Source: Clostridia bacterium
GTDB taxonomy: Bacteria > Bacillota > Clostridia > UMGS1883
Reading direction: 5' to 3'
Length of the DNA stretch: 64,000 nt
Assembly (NCBI GenBank): GCA_017451505.1
Contig: JAFTOF010000002.1
Span: 65,042 to 129,041, forward strand
The position numbers were made by a program, and so were the translations under genes. This document shows, piece by piece, positions 29,636-37,886 of this stretch. The number at the start of each line of letters is the position of its first letter. Position 1 is the stretch's first letter. Below the pieces are notes generated by a model that searched no databases, was not told the DNA's origin, and saw nothing but the letters and a program-made list of their open reading frames with translations.

Positions 29636-29910
29636 AAGCCGATGGGAGCCAGCCCCCATAAGCCTTAAATTTGTTAAATTTTTATCCTTTAAATTTGTCG
29701 TCCTCGTGAGGCGACAGCCTAACTTCGTCCTCCGCATTCAAATTATATAAAATTTTCCTGCATTTAAGGTCGAAGAGTTTAAAAACTATTAATTTTGATG
29801 GAAGACAAAGAAATTTCAAGAATAATACTGGCGTATATTCGCAGAAATTTCTGTAGTATTACGCAAAATTAATGTTTTTAAACCTTGTGGGGGTTGACGC
29901 CCATCGGCTT
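29636..29910. repeat. 275-bp AT-rich element bounded by ~27-bp imperfect terminal inverted repeats (MITE-like or long-range RNA stem) between pyrF and pyrE
   Basis: AAGCCGATGGGAGCCAGCCCCCATAAG (29636-29662) matches the reverse complement of 29884-29910, AAGCCGATGGGCGTCAACCCCCACAAG, at 23 of 27 positions. The interior holds smaller hairpins and direct repeats. Confidence 0.55.
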
Positions 29911-30614
29911 TAATCAACAAATTCGCGAACGCATCTTTCATATGCGGCTACGGGGTCGTCTGCTGCTGTGATTGGTCTGCCTACAACGATATAGTCGCTT
30001 CCCACGCTCTTTGCTTTTTCGGGAGTCATAATTCTAACCTGATCGTCTGCCGCACTGTCTGCAAAGCGGATTCCGGGGGTAACTGTCACAAAGTTCTTTC
30101 CGCAAACCTCTTTAACCCTTGATGCTTCGTGAGGAGAGCATACAACGCCGTCAAGTCCGCTTTCTGCGGCACATTTTGCGTAATGCTCAACAACCTCTGC
30201 CAAAGGAGCATCTATAAGAAGGTCATTTTTCATTCTTTCTTCGCTTGTAGAAGTGAGCTGTGTTACTGCAATAAGAATGGGGCGTGTTCCGTCCTCACGG
30301 GTTAAGCCCTCTATTGCGGCCTTCATCATTTCCTTTGTACCGAATGCATGAAGGTTTGTCATATCAACATCAAGATTTGAAAGAACCTTCATAGATTTTT
30401 TAACTGTGTTGGGAATATCACAAAGCTTAAGGTCGAGGAAAATCTTATGTCCTCTTTCCTTTACTGCCTTTACAATTTCGGGACCTTCTGCATAGAAAAG
30501 CTCCATACCGATTTTTACAAAAGGTTTTCTGCCTGCATTTGAGAATTTATCGAGAAATTCTACAAGTGCGTCCTTTGACGCAAAGTCACACGCTACGATT
30601 ACATCCTTACCCAT
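29910..30614 (-). CDS. pyrF: Orotidine 5-prime-phosphate decarboxylase
   Basis: [11 protein letters not shown]; ...VVGRPI. Confidence 0.93.
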   Translation of the reverse strand: MGKDVIVACDFASKDALVEFLDKFSNAGRKPFVKIGMELFYAEGPEIVKAVKERGHKIFLDLKLCDIPNTVKKSMKVLSNLDVDMTNLHAFGTKEMMKAAIEGLTREDGTRPILIAVTQLTSTSEERMKNDLLIDAPLAEVVEHYAKCAAESGLDGVVCSPHEASRVKEVCGKNFVTVTPGIRFADSAADDQVRIMTPEKAKSVGSDYIVVGRPITAADDPVAAYERCVREFVD

Positions 30615-31525
30615 TAGTGAGCACCTCCGATTATACTTTCTAAAGATTCTATATTATATTTTTCCATAGCACGGGGAAGATCTTCAATAATATTTTTACA
30701 TGCGTACGGCTCTATAAGGTTTGCCGCACCTACCTCAACAGCCGTTGCCCCTGCAAGCATCATTTCGATAACGTCCTCCGCCGTTGTTACACCACCCATA
30801 CCTATGATGGGGATATTTACTGCCTCATACACTCGGTAAACCATGGAAACGGCAACGGGGAAAATTGCACTGCCCGAAAATCCGCCTGATTTATTAAAGA
30901 GTATCGGCTTTTTATTTTTAAGGTTGATACGCATACCCAGAAGCGTATTAATCATTGCAATGCCGTCTGCACCTGCTTCCTCGCAAGCCTTGGCAATAGA
31001 AACGATGTCTGTTACATTGGGTGAAAGCTTCATGTAAACGGGCTTTGTTGTAACGCTTTTTACTGCACGGGTAATTTCCGCTGCACTTTCGGGACTTGTA
31101 CCAAAGCTCATTCCGCCGTGTTTAACATTGGGGCAGCTTATATTTACCTCAAGGATTCCCACTTCGTCCTGCTTGTCCATTTTTTCGCAGGTATAAACAT
31201 AGTCCTCCAGAGAAAATCCGCTGACATTTGCAACGGCTTTTTTATTAAAGCATTTACGGAGTTTGGGAAGTTCCTCAGAAATAACCTTTTCAACCCCAGG
31301 ATTCTGAAGTCCCACGGCATTAAGCATACCGCTTGAACATTCGGCAATTCTGGGAAGGGGATTTCCGTAACGGGGGTCACGTGTTGTTCCTTTAAGAGAA
31401 ATACTGCCTAATATGTTTATATCATAATACTCACTAAACTCATAGCCGAACCCGAAAGTACCGCTTGCAGGAATAATCGGATTATCAAGCCCAAGTCCGC
31501 TTAAATTAACGCTCAGTTTGCCCAT
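30614..31525 (-). CDS. pyrD: Dihydroorotate dehydrogenase 1B catalytic subunit
   Basis: [12 protein letters not shown]; [11 protein letters not shown]; [12 protein letters not shown]. Confidence 0.93.
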   Translation of the reverse strand: MGKLSVNLSGLGLDNPIIPASGTFGFGYEFSEYYDINILGSISLKGTTRDPRYGNPLPRIAECSSGMLNAVGLQNPGVEKVISEELPKLRKCFNKKAVANVSGFSLEDYVYTCEKMDKQDEVGILEVNISCPNVKHGGMSFGTSPESAAEITRAVKSVTTKPVYMKLSPNVTDIVSIAKACEEAGADGIAMINTLLGMRINLKNKKPILFNKSGGFSGSAIFPVAVSMVYRVYEAVNIPIIGMGGVTTAEDVIEMMLAGATAVEVGAANLIEPYACKNIIEDLPRAMEKYNIESLESIIGGAH

Positions 31526-32250
31526 TTTACTTCCTCCTTTACAAGAACAGGACCATCCTTACAAATTCTTTTATTTCCGTAAAGGGTTTCACAGGTACAG
31601 CCCATACATGCACCAAAGCCACATCCCATGCGTGCCTCAAAGCTGAGCTGACCACTTGTCTTTGTGTTGTCATACAGTGCCTTGAGCATAGGTTCAGGAC
31701 CGCACGTGAAAAAGTATGTATATTCAATATCTTTTATAGCATCGGTAACAAAGCCCTTTATGCCGTAGCTTCCGTCAGCGGTTGTTACTACTGTGTTAAT
31801 GCCGAGAGCCTTGAATTCTTCTTCGTAGAAAACCTCGCTCTTTTTGTTAAAGCCAAGTACCACCGTGGGGGTTTTGCCCTGTGCTAAAAGCTCGACTGCC
31901 AGCATATACATAGGGGGCACGCCTGCACCACCGCCTACAAGGAGAGGCTTATCTCCGCTTTTATCAATATCGTAGCCGTTACCAAGGCCTGTCAAAATGT
32001 CAAGCTTTTCGCCCTCTTTCATTTCTGCCATAACCTCTGTTCCCTTTCCCACAACCTTGTAAATGATTGTAAGAAGGTTATCCTTGCTGTTACATACTGA
32101 AATAGGACGGCGAAGGAAAAATCCGTCAAGCTTAATATTGACAAACTGCCCTGGCTTTGTAATATCCGAGCAATCTCCCTTTAATACCATTTCGTATGTG
32201 ATGTCGGCAAGCATTTTATTTGAAACTATTTCAAAAATACTTTGCTTCAT
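31513..32250 (-). CDS. pyrK: Dihydroorotate dehydrogenase electron-transfer subunit
   Basis: FAD/NAD-binding fold; C-terminal 2Fe-2S cysteines (CGFGACMGCTC ... ICKDGP). Confidence 0.9.
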   Translation of the reverse strand: MKQSIFEIVSNKMLADITYEMVLKGDCSDITKPGQFVNIKLDGFFLRRPISVCNSKDNLLTIIYKVVGKGTEVMAEMKEGEKLDILTGLGNGYDIDKSGDKPLLVGGGAGVPPMYMLAVELLAQGKTPTVVLGFNKKSEVFYEEEFKALGINTVVTTADGSYGIKGFVTDAIKDIEYTYFFTCGPEPMLKALYDNTKTSGQLSFEARMGCGFGACMGCTCETLYGNKRICKDGPVLVKEEVKWAN

Positions 32251-32251
32251 G

Positions 32252-33514
32252 TTATATCTCCTTCCATACTAAGTTGCCATTGGCAAACGTCATCTTACAT
32301 CTGCCCCAAACCTTTTCACCCTCAAAGGGAGTGCTTCTACCCAGTGACAGAAATTCATCGGGGTTTATTTCATAGCTTTCTTCAAGGTTAAACACCGTAA
32401 AGTCAGCTTTTTCGCCTTCTTTAATTACGCCTTTTCCAAGTTTAAAACGCTCTCTGGGATTCTTGACGAGTAGGCTTATAAGATGCTCAAGTGTCATCTT
32501 TCCCGTCTTTACAAAGTGAGTATACATCAGTGCAAATGCCGACTCTATACCGACAACACCCATCATACTCTTTTCAAGTCCTTTACCCTTTTCCTCTGCA
32601 CTGTGAGGTGCATGGTCTGTGGCAATCATATCAATCGTTCCGTCAAGAACCGCTTCTATAAGTGCCTCCCTGTCAAGCTCACTTCCCAAGGGGGGATTCA
32701 TTTTAAAGCGTCCGTGTTCCTGAAGATCATTCTCCGTAAGAATCAGGTAATGAGGTGCGGTTTCCGCCGTCACATCCACACCGCGTGCTTTAGCCTCGGC
32801 AATCAGCCTTACGCTTTCTTTGGTGGAAACATGGCATATGTGATATTTCACGCCGATTTCTTCTGCAAGTTTAAGGTCACGCTCTACCATCTTCCATTCA
32901 CTTTCGGGGGGAATTCCTTTATGACCGTGATTTTTGCTGTAAACACCGTCACGAATATATCCGCCGAAAAGAAGCTCATTCACTTCGCAGTGGGCAGATA
33001 TTATCTGCTTATTGTTTTTTACAAGCTCCATTGCCTGACGCATCATATCATCGCTCTGCACACCTCGCCCATCGTCGGAAAATCCAACTGCAACAGATGA
33101 AAGGGCATCAATGTCGGAAAGGGACTCCCCTTTTTCTCCCACGGTCAAAGCACCGAAGGGATGAACGCCTATAAGGGCATCGCGGGAAATGATATCCGTT
33201 TGCACTTTCATATTCTCCACGCTGTCGGGAACGGGGTTAAGATTTGGCATGGTACAAACATCCGTATATCCTCCCCGTGCACAAGCGGCTGTTCCCGATT
33301 TAATTGTTTCTTTATATGAAAAACCCGGTTCTCGCAAATGCACATGTACATCAGCAAAACCGGGGAAAATAAAGCAATTATTAAAATCGAAAACCATAGC
33401 GTCAGAAAGAGCACCGCCGCCGATAGAAACAACTATCCCGTTGTCAATATTGATATCAGTTTTCACAAAACCGTTTTCAGTTAGAACTGTGGCATTTTTA
33501 ATACTGTATCGCAT
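32252..33514 (-). CDS. pyrC: Dihydroorotase
   Basis: DVHVHLREPG; ATDHAPH. A TTGACA-17-TATAAT promoter lies upstream at 33544-33572. Confidence 0.93.
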   Translation of the reverse strand: MRYSIKNATVLTENGFVKTDINIDNGIVVSIGGGALSDAMVFDFNNCFIFPGFADVHVHLREPGFSYKETIKSGTAACARGGYTDVCTMPNLNPVPDSVENMKVQTDIISRDALIGVHPFGALTVGEKGESLSDIDALSSVAVGFSDDGRGVQSDDMMRQAMELVKNNKQIISAHCEVNELLFGGYIRDGVYSKNHGHKGIPPESEWKMVERDLKLAEEIGVKYHICHVSTKESVRLIAEAKARGVDVTAETAPHYLILTENDLQEHGRFKMNPPLGSELDREALIEAVLDGTIDMIATDHAPHSAEEKGKGLEKSMMGVVGIESAFALMYTHFVKTGKMTLEHLISLLVKNPRERFKLGKGVIKEGEKADFTVFNLEESYEINPDEFLSLGRSTPFEGEKVWGRCKMTFANGNLVWKEI

Positions 33515-33618
33515 GGTGTCCTCCTGTTAATTTACTACCGTACATTATACCACAACTTGCAAAATGTGTCAAATGTTTTTAGCCCCTCTTTCAAGTAAAT
33601 ATTTTTACTAAAAAACTC

Positions 33619-33647
33619 TTGATTTTCAATTATTTATGATGTATAAT
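33619..33647 (+). promoter_or_regulatory. Sigma-A-type promoter for tRNA-Leu
   Basis: TTGATT (33619-33624), 17-nt spacer, TATAAT (33642-33647), ~18 nt before the tRNA 5-prime end. Confidence 0.6.
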
Positions 33648-33664
33648 ATCAAAGTATTAAATAC

Positions 33665-33751
33665 GCAGGTATGGCGGAATTGGCAGACGCGTACGGTTCA
33701 GGTCCGTATGAGAGCAATTTCATGCAGGTTCAAGTCCTGTTACCTGCACCA
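33665..33751 (+). tRNA. tRNA-Leu (anticodon CAG)
   Basis: 87-nt cloverleaf: acceptor stem GCAGGTA/TACCTGC; anticodon arm TACGG-TTCAGGT-CCGTA; long variable arm; T-loop GGTTCAAGTCC; encoded CCA. Confidence 0.9.
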
Positions 33752-33752
33752 A

Positions 33753-33792
33753 AAAGAGAAAAGACCTCACGAAGTGAGGTCTTTTCTCTTTT
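33753..33792. terminator. Bidirectional intrinsic terminator
   Basis: 18-bp stem AAAGAGAAAAGACCTCAC-gaa-GTGAGGTCTTTTCTCTTT. Confidence 0.8.
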
Positions 33793-33793
33793 A

Positions 33794-34105
33794 TTAAAAC
33801 CCTAATACCTGCGTAATAAATGCTGCCAGTGCTGCACCGACGGCAACGGTTAAAAGCCCCTTATCAAAAAACGCCAGAGCCAGTGCGACCACGCAGCCTG
33901 CCGCCGCAGAAAGAGGCGAGAGCGTGCTTGAAAACACCGCAGGGAACGTCATTGCTGCCAAAACCACATAGGGCACATAATAGAGAAAAGACTCTACCCA
34001 TCGGTTTTGTATTTTTTTGCGGAACACTACCATGGGAATTGCACGGATAAGATATGTAACCGCCGCCATAACGGCTATACATAAAAGAATATATGTTGTA
34101 CTCAT
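33794..34105 (-). CDS. azlD: Branched-chain amino acid exporter small subunit AzlD
   Basis: ~100-aa 3-TM protein overlapping the stop of the AzlC-like gene. Confidence 0.8.
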   Translation of the reverse strand: MSTTYILLCIAVMAAVTYLIRAIPMVVFRKKIQNRWVESFLYYVPYVVLAAMTFPAVFSSTLSPLSAAAGCVVALALAFFDKGLLTVAVGAALAAFITQVLGF

Positions 34106-34824
34106 ATATCGCTATCCCCTTTCTCCTCCACAGGGAAAAATGTAGCACAAAAAGCACTGACAATAATCGTTATGATAATAATTGCCCATCCGCTTGAAAT
34201 ATTTTTTAAAATGGGAGCGTATGTAAATATAACGCTTGCTCCTATTGATGCCAAAACTGCGGTCATCACCTTTTTATTTTTCCTTGCGGGCGGAATTATT
34301 ATTGCGATAAACATTCCATAAAGTGCAATTCCCATAGCAGAGGAAAGTGACACAGGCATAACCTTTGTTGCAACGGCACCCACTGCCGTCCCTGACGTCC
34401 ATCCTAAAACGGGGGTGAGAATCAGCCCTGCCATATATACCGCTGTAAGCGGACGTGAATGACGCATGGATACAGCAAAGATTTCGTCTGTTATACCAAA
34501 GGACACCAAGAATCTTTGCCATAATTTCATTGAGGAATCCACCTTTTGTGAAACGGACAGCGACATAAGGAAATAACGCATATTTATAATCAGCGTGGTA
34601 ATTGCAAGCTCGATAAGGCTTCCCAAAGCCAGCATAATATTAATCCCTGCAAACTGACCTGCACTTGTCACGTTGGTAAGTGAGGTAAGCGTTGCCGCCC
34701 ATGCAGGAATACCTCCCTTAACCGCGGCAATCCCAAATGCCATCGACACCGAAAAATAGCCGAGGCAAATGGGGATTCCGTCTTTAATTCCGTTTAAAAA
34801 CTCATTTCTTTTCATTCTTGACAC
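34102..34824 (-). CDS. azlC: AzlC family branched-chain amino acid exporter subunit
   Basis: GIPICLGYFSVSMAFG N-terminal motif; polytopic; coupled to azlD. Confidence 0.8.
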   Translation of the reverse strand: MSRMKRNEFLNGIKDGIPICLGYFSVSMAFGIAAVKGGIPAWAATLTSLTNVTSAGQFAGINIMLALGSLIELAITTLIINMRYFLMSLSVSQKVDSSMKLWQRFLVSFGITDEIFAVSMRHSRPLTAVYMAGLILTPVLGWTSGTAVGAVATKVMPVSLSSAMGIALYGMFIAIIIPPARKNKKVMTAVLASIGASVIFTYAPILKNISSGWAIIIITIIVSAFCATFFPVEEKGDSDI

Positions 34825-34826
34825 CT

Positions 34827-36194
34827 TTATAATTCTTCTGCTAAAGTCTTACGCATTTTCCATTTTCCCGAAAGGAAATATATCATACTGGGGACTGCAA
34901 ATCCATAGGGGGCTAACGCATAACCCAATACAAATCCATAGAATCCCCATCCGAAAAGCACACCGAAAAGATAGCTAAGGCCAATTCTCAGAAATACTCC
35001 GTCAAGCAGTGCAAGCACCATACTTAGCTTGGCATGCCCAATTCCCTGAATAAATGCACCGCTGCCCCTCATAACTGCAAAGGCAGGAAACATCCACAGT
35101 ATTGCGGAAATAAAGGTATACGACATTTCGTGAACCCGTGCATCGTCGGAGAACATCTTAAACAGCCATTCTCCGCATCCCAAATAAAGAGCCATGAAGA
35201 AAAGTGTTAAAATTCCCGAAAACATCCATGCAGTGTAAACAACCTTTTGTGCTCTTTCCTGCTTGCCTGCACCAATGTTCTGACTTATCATCGGGATTGC
35301 GGCATACTGAATTCCCATACAGATTTTATTTACAATATCGTCTATTCGTACGCCTACACCAAAGGTTGCCGAGGCAACTACCCCCACCTTATTTATAAGG
35401 GAGTTTACAAAAAGCATGGAAATATTTATAAAGCCCGCCTGTACTGCCATAGGTGTGCCAAGGCTTATTATAGTGCGTGCATAATTTTTCTTTATGCGAA
35501 AGCTTTTTATTTTAAAATCAAAGCCAAAATCCTGCTTGTTTTTATAAAGATAATAGACAGAGAACATGAAAGATGCAGCCTGTCCTATTATGGTAGCCCA
35601 TGCGGCACCTGCAACGCCAAAGCCCATAAGCCCTGTAAATAAATAGTCAAGCACCAGATTAACCACCGATGCAATCAAAATGAAAAGCAGCGGCCTTTTA
35701 GAATCTCCCATTCCGCGAAGAACGGCGGAAACCATATTATACCCTGCCGTAAATACCATTCCTCCGCCGCAGATGACAAGGTAATGAATTGCCATTTTAA
35801 ACGATTCATGGGGAATATTAATTGCATTTAGAATAGCATCCTTAAATACTGCAAACACCGCCGTAAATACCAGTGCAATAATCATCAGCATAGAAAAGAG
35901 CGTGCCTATTATATGATTGAGCCTTTCCTTTTTTCCTGCACCCAGAGCTTGTGAGATAAGAACCTGCCCCGCATTTGAAAATCCCAGACAAACCATGGCA
36001 GCAAAGTTTATTATCTGACTGCTTTGAGATACTGCTGAAAGACCTGCCGTTCCCACATATTCGCCTACTATTATCATATCAATAGTGCTGTAAAGTACCT
36101 GAAGTGCATTTGACAGCATAAACGGAATCATGAAGTGAAAAAGCTGCTTCGCTATATTCCCATGTGTAAAATCTTTTGTAAGTTTAGTACTCAT
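34827..36194 (-). CDS. MATE family efflux transporter
   Basis: 12 TM helices, ~455 aa; N-terminal GNIAKQLFHFMIPFMLSN motif is typical of MATE transporters. Confidence 0.85.
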   Translation of the reverse strand: MSTKLTKDFTHGNIAKQLFHFMIPFMLSNALQVLYSTIDMIIVGEYVGTAGLSAVSQSSQIINFAAMVCLGFSNAGQVLISQALGAGKKERLNHIIGTLFSMLMIIALVFTAVFAVFKDAILNAINIPHESFKMAIHYLVICGGGMVFTAGYNMVSAVLRGMGDSKRPLLFILIASVVNLVLDYLFTGLMGFGVAGAAWATIIGQAASFMFSVYYLYKNKQDFGFDFKIKSFRIKKNYARTIISLGTPMAVQAGFINISMLFVNSLINKVGVVASATFGVGVRIDDIVNKICMGIQYAAIPMISQNIGAGKQERAQKVVYTAWMFSGILTLFFMALYLGCGEWLFKMFSDDARVHEMSYTFISAILWMFPAFAVMRGSGAFIQGIGHAKLSMVLALLDGVFLRIGLSYLFGVLFGWGFYGFVLGYALAPYGFAVPSMIYFLSGKWKMRKTLAEEL

Positions 36195-36348
36195 TCGAGA
36201 TTCAATCCTTTGTTAATCTGATACTAATGTATTTTAACACATCATCGGCAAACCTACAACAATATTTTCAAAAAATTGACTGTTTTTATTGATTGAAACA
36301 TATATTTATGATAAAATACAAATATTCTTATTACAAGGGATGATATTC

Positions 36349-37224
36349 ATGAAACTAAGTACGCTTTTTTCAGAAAGGTTTTCACTTTCGTTTGAAGTTT
36401 TTCCGCCGAAAACGGATACAGCTTTCGAGAGCGTTAAAACTGCTACCGAGGAAATTGCAAAATTAAGACCTTCTTTTATGAGCGTTACATACGGGGCAGG
36501 CGGCGGCACAAGCAAATATACTCTTGAAATCGCCAAGAACATAAAAGAGCAGTATAATGTTCCCACTCTCGCCCATCTTACATGTGTTTCCTCCACAAAG
36601 GAAACCGTCCGCCATAAGATTATGCAGATGAAAGACGCAGGCATTGAAAATGTGATGGCTCTCAGGGGGGATTTGACACCTGAGCTTATGGAAAGCGACA
36701 GGAGCACATGGGACTACACTCATGCAATAGACCTTATTCGTGATATAAAAGAAAGTGGTGCCGATTTTTGTATAGGCGGTGCGTGCTATCCCGAAGTTCA
36801 TCCCGAAAGCACTAATCAGAAAGAAGATATTAAGCATCTTAAAGAAAAGGTGGATGCAGGATGTTCATTCCTTACCACCCAGATGTTTTTCGATAATAAC
36901 TTGCTCTATAATTTTCTTTATAAAATACGCGAGGCAGGGATAACCGTTCCCATAATTGCGGGAATTATGCCTATTACCAATGCAAATCAGGTAGAGCGTG
37001 CAGTAAAGCTTTCAGGCTCCTTTATGCCGCAGAGATTCAAAAGCCTTGTGGATAGATTCGGCTCATCACCCGAAGCAATGAAGCAGGCGGGCATTGCCTA
37101 TGCAACAGACCAGATAATAGACCTTTTTGCAAATGGTGTAACGAATGTACACGTTTATTCCATGAATAAGCCTGACGTAGCTGAAAAAATACAAAGTAAT
37201 TTATCGGATATATTATGCCTATGA
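36349..37224 (+). CDS. metF: Methylenetetrahydrofolate reductase
   Basis: SFEVFPPKT; SVTYGAGG; LAHLTC. The start was moved to ATG 36349. Confidence 0.9.
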   Translation: MKLSTLFSERFSLSFEVFPPKTDTAFESVKTATEEIAKLRPSFMSVTYGAGGGTSKYTLEIAKNIKEQYNVPTLAHLTCVSSTKETVRHKIMQMKDAGIENVMALRGDLTPELMESDRSTWDYTHAIDLIRDIKESGADFCIGGACYPEVHPESTNQKEDIKHLKEKVDAGCSFLTTQMFFDNNLLYNFLYKIREAGITVPIIAGIMPITNANQVERAVKLSGSFMPQRFKSLVDRFGSSPEAMKQAGIAYATDQIIDLFANGVTNVHVYSMNKPDVAEKIQSNLSDILCL

Positions 37225-37886
37225 TAAACAGTGCGATTTTAACGAAAACATTTCCTCCCCCTCAAATAGACAGAAGTGAAATTTTAAGGTATGCAGGGGT
37301 GGAAAATACAACTCCCGAAATAGAAAATCTGATTGACGAATGTCTTTTACTTATCGGCGATAAGCTTACATATAAGGTTTGCTACGGAAATTTCCCTCTC
37401 GCCTTTTCGGAGGACGAGGTTAATCTATCCTTTACAATGGCCAAAAGTGAAAAGCTTAAAGCTAATCTCTGCGGTTGCAGAAGCTTTATTCTATTTGCCG
37501 CGACAATAGGACTGGAGATTGACAGAATGATTGCACTTTACGGCAAAACCTCCCCTGCCAAAGGGCATATGCTTCAGGCGATAGGTGCCGAGAGGATAGA
37601 GGGGCTGTGTGATGCTTTCAACCAATATATTGCCGAGGAATATGGATATACTAAGCCTCGTTTCAGTCCGGGGTATGGTGATTTACCCTTAGAAATTCAA
37701 AAAGACTTTTTTAGAGCACTTGAACCGAGCAGAAGAATAGGACTTACCCTTAATGAAAGTATGCTGATGACTCCCTCTAAGTCGGTAACGGCAATTATAG
37801 GAATTTCCGATACAAAGTGTGAAAACAAAAAACAAAACTGCAACGATTGCACAAAGCACAATTGCAGTTACAGGAGAACATTATGA
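37215..37886 (+). CDS. Stand-alone methionine synthase reactivation (AdoMet-binding Met_synt_B12-like) domain protein
   Basis: PRFSPGYGDLPLEIQKDFF ... LMTPSKSVTAIIG; Cys-rich C-terminal tail. Its stop overlaps the metH start (ATGA). Confidence 0.7.
   Translation: MPMINSAILTKTFPPPQIDRSEILRYAGVENTTPEIENLIDECLLLIGDKLTYKVCYGNFPLAFSEDEVNLSFTMAKSEKLKANLCGCRSFILFAATIGLEIDRMIALYGKTSPAKGHMLQAIGAERIEGLCDAFNQYIAEEYGYTKPRFSPGYGDLPLEIQKDFFRALEPSRRIGLTLNESMLMTPSKSVTAIIGISDTKCENKKQNCNDCTKHNCSYRRTL

Noticed and set aside
29617-29780. ~49-aa basic ORF on the minus strand inside the pyrF-pyrE element (MRRTKLGCRL...)
   Set aside because: It has no RBS, runs out of frame into pyrE, and its composition is driven by the inverted-repeat sequence.
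33515-33664. PyrR-type attenuator upstream of pyrC
   Set aside because: There is only a short leader after the consensus promoter. No ARUCCAGAGAGG-type binding loop or terminator/antiterminator pair is present.
36195-36348. S-box (SAM) riboswitch upstream of metF
   Set aside because: The spacer is AT-rich, with only a promoter-like TTGACT...TAAAAT and no conserved S-box helices.
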